A stretch of 30,896 nt of DNA from Bacteroidales bacterium (GTDB lineage Bacteria > Bacteroidota > Bacteroidia > Bacteroidales > FEN-979), in contig JBEKST010000001.1 in assembly GCA_049516815.1 (NCBI GenBank), positions 1-30,896 on the forward strand, read 5' to 3'. The position numbers and the translations under genes are program-made. Position 1 is the stretch's first letter, and every line of letters starts with the position of its first letter. Below, one piece after another: positions 26,900 through 30,896 of this stretch. A model generated the notes under the pieces. It had not been told where the DNA came from. It saw only the letters and a program-made list of their open reading frames with translations, and did not search any database.

Positions 26900-27096
26900 T
26901 ACCATTTTGCGATTTGCTTGGTGGCATCGACTGGAATATGATCTATAGTATTCAGTACTATTCAGTTAACCCACCTGATCGGTTATCTCATTGGTCTTGT
27001 TGTTCTTAACCTTTTTGGAGTTTTCTTCATGAATACACGGAACTACCCAGAACTACTTATTTTGTTGCCCAAAACTTGCCCAATTTGTTTTTCCAA

Positions 27097-27104
27097 TAAC
27101 TTTG
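27097..27104 (+). promoter_or_regulatory. -7 box TAACTTTG for the sugar-utilisation operon
   Basis: Exact TAnnTTTG match, with CTTG 18 nt upstream as a possible -33. Confidence 0.6.
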
Positions 27105-27217
27105 CTTTACAACCTTACTGGATTTTCCAATATACACCTAATAAGACAATATTTAAATAGAAAAAATGAATAACAAAAAAAGTGTTTTTAACAAATCTAA
27201 AAATTAAAACTACGAAT

Positions 27218-28687
27218 ATGAAACCGTTTAAACTTATTATCCTTCTGTTATTATCGGGGATATCAATTCAACTATCAGCAAAGGATTATAAAGCATCGCT
27301 GTTTGGTATTAAATCCGATGGTATAACATTAAACACCACATCCATACAAAAAGCCATTGATTATATCAGCGAAAATGGCGGTGGCAGACTGGTCTTTTAT
27401 GTAGGACGGTATCTTACCGGTTCCATTTTTATGAAAGAAAATGTTACCATACAACTCCAGGAAGGTGCTATCATTGTTGGTTCTCCCAATCCATTCGACT
27501 ATGAAAAAGTTTTAGCTCAACCTGCACTTATCCTTGCACACAACCAGAGGAATATTGGCATTACGGGTAAGGGAGTCATTGACGGACAAGGTTTCATCGT
27601 AGCAAATAACATAATTGATTTAGTCTATAAAGGGTTGATCAAGGACAATCTAACAGATGACAGGCCAAGTGCGAGTCGTCCTTTTGATATTTATTTTAAA
27701 GGATGCAGTAATGTAATGATTCAGGGGATTACCCTTAAAGACCCCTGCGCCTGGACCCTGGTAAACGACCAATGTAAAAATGTTGTGATCAATCAAATAA
27801 CTCTTGATGCGAAAGCATACTGGAATAATGACGGAATTGATATTGTTGACTGTGATAGCGTGAGCATTACAAATTCATATATCGATGCTGCTGATGACGG
27901 AATATGTTTAAAATCACAAGATGCCGGTTCAATTTGCCAGAATGTTTATGTTTACCACAATACGATACGCTCCAGCGCCAATGGTATTAAGTTCGGTACG
28001 GCTTCATATGGAGGCTTAAAAAATGTTAAAATTATAAATAACCTTGTTTTTGACACTTATCGTTCGGCAATTACTTTTTCTTCCGTTGATGGAGCAATCG
28101 TTGATAATATAATTGTTGACAGTCTACGGTCGATAAATACAGGAAATGCAATATTTCTCTGTATTGGTGAACGGCAAAAGGGGAAAAAGGGCAAAATGAG
28201 CAACATTCGTATTTCCAACGTTTATGCCGAAGTTCCTGCTACCAAACCCGATGCCGGCTACCGTTACGAAGGCCCTGTGGAGGATATGCCACGCAATATT
28301 TCTCCTGCTTCTATTGTTGGGATGCCTGATGCCAAAATAGAGAACGTTACATTAAGAAATATTGAAATTCATTATCCCGGAGGTGGAAATGCAAACTTTG
28401 CTAAAATTGGTCTGGATGAATTAGACTCAATACCTGAAGTGCTAGCTAAATATCCTGAATTCTCTATGTTCAAGGAACTTCCGGCTTGGGGATTTTATAT
28501 CCGCCATGCAAAAAATATCACTTTCGAAAATATTTCAATGATCTGTGAGAAAAAAGATTTCAGGACAGCTGTTGTTCTTAATGATGTTCAGGGTGCTACT
28601 TTTAAAGCACTTACAATAACTGAACCGGGCACTAAAAAAGAATCTGTTTATTCTTATAAATCGAATGGGGTGGTTATTGAAAAATAA
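27218..28687 (+). CDS. Glycoside hydrolase family 28 (pectin-lyase-like beta-helix), secreted
   Basis: Likely ATG 27218 with signal peptide MKPFKLIILLLLSGISIQLSA. FGIKSDGITLNTTSIQKAID, GRYLTGSI, catalytic-type motifs NNDGID and DDGICLKS, NGIKFG. Confidence 0.9.
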   Translation: MKPFKLIILLLLSGISIQLSAKDYKASLFGIKSDGITLNTTSIQKAIDYISENGGGRLVFYVGRYLTGSIFMKENVTIQLQEGAIIVGSPNPFDYEKVLAQPALILAHNQRNIGITGKGVIDGQGFIVANNIIDLVYKGLIKDNLTDDRPSASRPFDIYFKGCSNVMIQGITLKDPCAWTLVNDQCKNVVINQITLDAKAYWNNDGIDIVDCDSVSITNSYIDAADDGICLKSQDAGSICQNVYVYHNTIRSSANGIKFGTASYGGLKNVKIINNLVFDTYRSAITFSSVDGAIVDNIIVDSLRSINTGNAIFLCIGERQKGKKGKMSNIRISNVYAEVPATKPDAGYRYEGPVEDMPRNISPASIVGMPDAKIENVTLRNIEIHYPGGGNANFAKIGLDELDSIPEVLAKYPEFSMFKELPAWGFYIRHAKNITFENISMICEKKDFRTAVVLNDVQGATFKALTITEPGTKKESVYSYKSNGVVIEK

Positions 28688-28711
28688 TATGTCAAAATTA
28701 AAATAATTATC

Positions 28712-29563
28712 ATGAAAGAATATATTGCATTAGACATCGGAGGGACCAAGTTTATGGTAGCCTCCTATACTGAAACTTTAAAAGAAATAAAACGTGTTAA
28801 ACAGGATACTCCTGAAGATTTTAATGAAGGAATAAATCTTCTTTATAAAATGATCAACGAAGTTTCGGAAAAAAGTAAAATAGGGGGTATAGGAGCGGCA
28901 ATTGGAGGTCCGCTTGATCCTGTTAAAGGTATTGTGTCGCCTTTGCATCAGCACCAATGGAGAAATATTCCGCTTAAAGATATAATGGAAAAAAAATGGG
29001 AATGTTCTTTTTATGTTGATGTAGATACAAATGTTGCTGCTTTGGGCGAATATCATCTTGGAAAATATGAACATGAAAAGTTCCTTTACATCACATTAAG
29101 TACCGGCATGGGAGGAGGATATATTATTAACGGTAAAGTTTACCGCGGTTTTAATGGTAATCATCCTGAAGTTGGACATCAAACCATCAATTTCAAGTGC
29201 AAATATCCAGAAAAAGTAAAATGTGAATGCGGTTTACCCGATTGTATAGAAGCCTTGGTATCAGGAAATGCAATAAAAAGAATTTATAATAAACCGGCAG
29301 AAGAGCTTAACGCGGAGGAATGGGGTGAAGTGATATATAATCTTGGACAAGGTTTAAGAAATATTGCAACCATTATGACTCCCGACATCATAGTTTTCGG
29401 GGGAGGAATTTCTTTTGGAGCAGGCGAACCGTTTATACGAAAAATTGAAGCGGAAATGAAAAAACAATTAACGCTTGTAAAACCGCCACAGCTCGCATTA
29501 TCAAAGTTGGGATATGATACAGCCATTGCAGGAGCTGCTTATATTGCAAAGAATGGATTTTAA
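28712..29563 (+). CDS. ROK-family sugar kinase
   Basis: 283 aa with no HTH. ALDIGGTK, DTNVAALGE, LSTGMGGG, EVGH, zinc motif CECGLPDCIE. Confidence 0.92.
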   Translation: MKEYIALDIGGTKFMVASYTETLKEIKRVKQDTPEDFNEGINLLYKMINEVSEKSKIGGIGAAIGGPLDPVKGIVSPLHQHQWRNIPLKDIMEKKWECSFYVDVDTNVAALGEYHLGKYEHEKFLYITLSTGMGGGYIINGKVYRGFNGNHPEVGHQTINFKCKYPEKVKCECGLPDCIEALVSGNAIKRIYNKPAEELNAEEWGEVIYNLGQGLRNIATIMTPDIIVFGGGISFGAGEPFIRKIEAEMKKQLTLVKPPQLALSKLGYDTAIAGAAYIAKNGF

Positions 29564-29591
29564 AACTAAAATAATTTTGAATTTATAAATT

Positions 29592-30776
29592 ATGGATACA
29601 GAGAAACAAAAAGTAATTCTCGGTAAGTTATTACCTGTGTTGTTTGGTTTTTATGTTATGGGTTTTGTTGATATTATTGGTGCTGCAACTAAATATGTAA
29701 AAGATGATTTCAACTTATCAAACAGCATAGCAAATACATTACCATTGATGTTATTTGTATGGTTTTTTATAATGTCAATTCCTTCGGGTATCATTCAGGA
29801 CAAAATTGGCAGAAGAAAATCGTCCTGCATTGGTATCGGTCTTACCGGGATCGGGATGATAATCCCGTTAATCTCTTATTCTTTTTATTCAGTCATAGCA
29901 GGATTTATTTTACTTGGAATTGGTAATGCCATCGTGCAAGTGTCATTAAATCCCCTGATGCTTTTTGTTTCGCCAGCCGAAAAATATACCGGTTTTCTGA
30001 GTTTGTCTCAGTTTATTAAAGCTATCGCATCTTTGCTCGGACCATTGATCACGACAGCATTTTTTGTCTATACTCAAAACTGGAAATACATATTTCTTGT
30101 TTATGCCATACTGTCCACTTTATCTTTATTATGGCTGTATTTTACACACATAGAGGAACATCCTCAAAAAGAAGTAAGGCCAACATTCAAAACATCATTC
30201 AAATTATTATTTTCAGATAAGATGGTTTTATTAATGGTACTTGGTATTTTTCTTTCTGTGGGAATAGATGTTGGAATGAACGTAAGTATACCAGAATACA
30301 TGGGTAAGAAATTCTCTATGTCGCGTGAATCGGCTACCAATATTATAAGCATTTATTTTGCTGCAAAGATGATCGGGACTTTTCTTGGCTCGATATTGCT
30401 AACAAAACTCTCAAACAGAAAATTTTTCATTTGGACCATGGTATTAACCCTATTGGCATTCGGAGGCATTTACAGCGATATAACAAAGGATTTTGTAAGC
30501 TCCATGATATTTATAGCAGGATTAGGTGCATCAAATGTATTTGCGCTTATATTCTCATTAACCGTACAGCGTATGCCTGAACGTTCCAATGAGCTTTCCG
30601 GATTGATGATAATGGCTGTTTCGGGCGGAGCCGTTATACCTTTTATAATGGGATTCGCTGTTGATGTTTTCGGAACAAATGGTAATATTCTCATTTTGTC
30701 TTTATGTGCTGTATATATATTCTTCCTTGCCATTATCAATGCATCGAAAAAAAGCATAATTAATAACACAAATTAA
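29592..30776 (+). CDS. MFS sugar:H+ symporter (FucP/GluP-like)
   Basis: 394 aa, about 12 TM helices. QDKIGRRK loop motif, QVSLNPL, GLMIMAVSGGAVIP. Confidence 0.9.
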   Translation: MDTEKQKVILGKLLPVLFGFYVMGFVDIIGAATKYVKDDFNLSNSIANTLPLMLFVWFFIMSIPSGIIQDKIGRRKSSCIGIGLTGIGMIIPLISYSFYSVIAGFILLGIGNAIVQVSLNPLMLFVSPAEKYTGFLSLSQFIKAIASLLGPLITTAFFVYTQNWKYIFLVYAILSTLSLLWLYFTHIEEHPQKEVRPTFKTSFKLLFSDKMVLLMVLGIFLSVGIDVGMNVSIPEYMGKKFSMSRESATNIISIYFAAKMIGTFLGSILLTKLSNRKFFIWTMVLTLLAFGGIYSDITKDFVSSMIFIAGLGASNVFALIFSLTVQRMPERSNELSGLMIMAVSGGAVIPFIMGFAVDVFGTNGNILILSLCAVYIFFLAIINASKKSIINNTN

Positions 30777-30844
30777 GGATTTCAACCCTTCATTCGCATT
30801 AATAATTCTCTAATTGGTATTTTTAAATTTTATTATTCTTATTT

Positions 30845-30896
30845 ATGAAAAAACCGATACTGGTTCTGTTGATGTCAGCCGGCATCTTCATTGCAG
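30845..30896 (+). CDS. Start of a secreted protein, truncated by the window end
   Basis: MKKPILVLLMSAGIFIA reads as a signal peptide, preceded by an AT-rich leader. Confidence 0.5.
   Translation, partial: MKKPILVLLMSAGIFIA

Noticed and set aside
26830-27090. CRISPR array or IS element
   Set aside because: The repeats are short, degenerate and lack unique spacers. There are no cas genes and no transposase ORF.

Overview
The window looks like Bacteroidota DNA. The inference rests on several TAnnTTTG -7 promoter boxes, signal peptides that appear to cleave just before Gln, and a lipobox protein. No rRNA, tRNA, CRISPR array or intact transposase was seen. From left to right: (1) a + strand block with a 5'-truncated sensor histidine kinase, a small putative outer-membrane beta-barrel, a lipoprotein, a terminator and a 1021-aa ABCG-like (NBD-then-TMD) transporter. 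(2) A long run of - strand genes from 20401 down to 6355: RsbW-like kinase, STAS protein, stand-alone class III nucleotidyl cyclase, PrsW-family intramembrane protease, ECF sigma, membrane anti-sigma, a membrane-anchored protein with about 20 degenerate S/Q/N/G-rich 9-10 aa repeats, a zinc-metallopeptidase/beta-propeller/outer-membrane-barrel fusion, and an RND efflux trio. (3) More partner-switching genes: a second STAS, an RsbW-GNAT fusion coupled to an acetylpolyamine-amidohydrolase-like deacetylase, and a STAS/unknown/kinase fusion. (4) A scar region with a cstA fragment and palindromic repeats. (5) An AT-richer sugar-use locus (GH28, ROK kinase, MFS, start of a secreted protein). The best candidate for an undescribed system is the PrsW/ECF/anti-sigma/repeat protein/peptidase-barrel(/RND) module embedded in a partner-switching and cyclic-nucleotide signalling cluster. 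All family assignments come from motif reading by eye; no database search was run.
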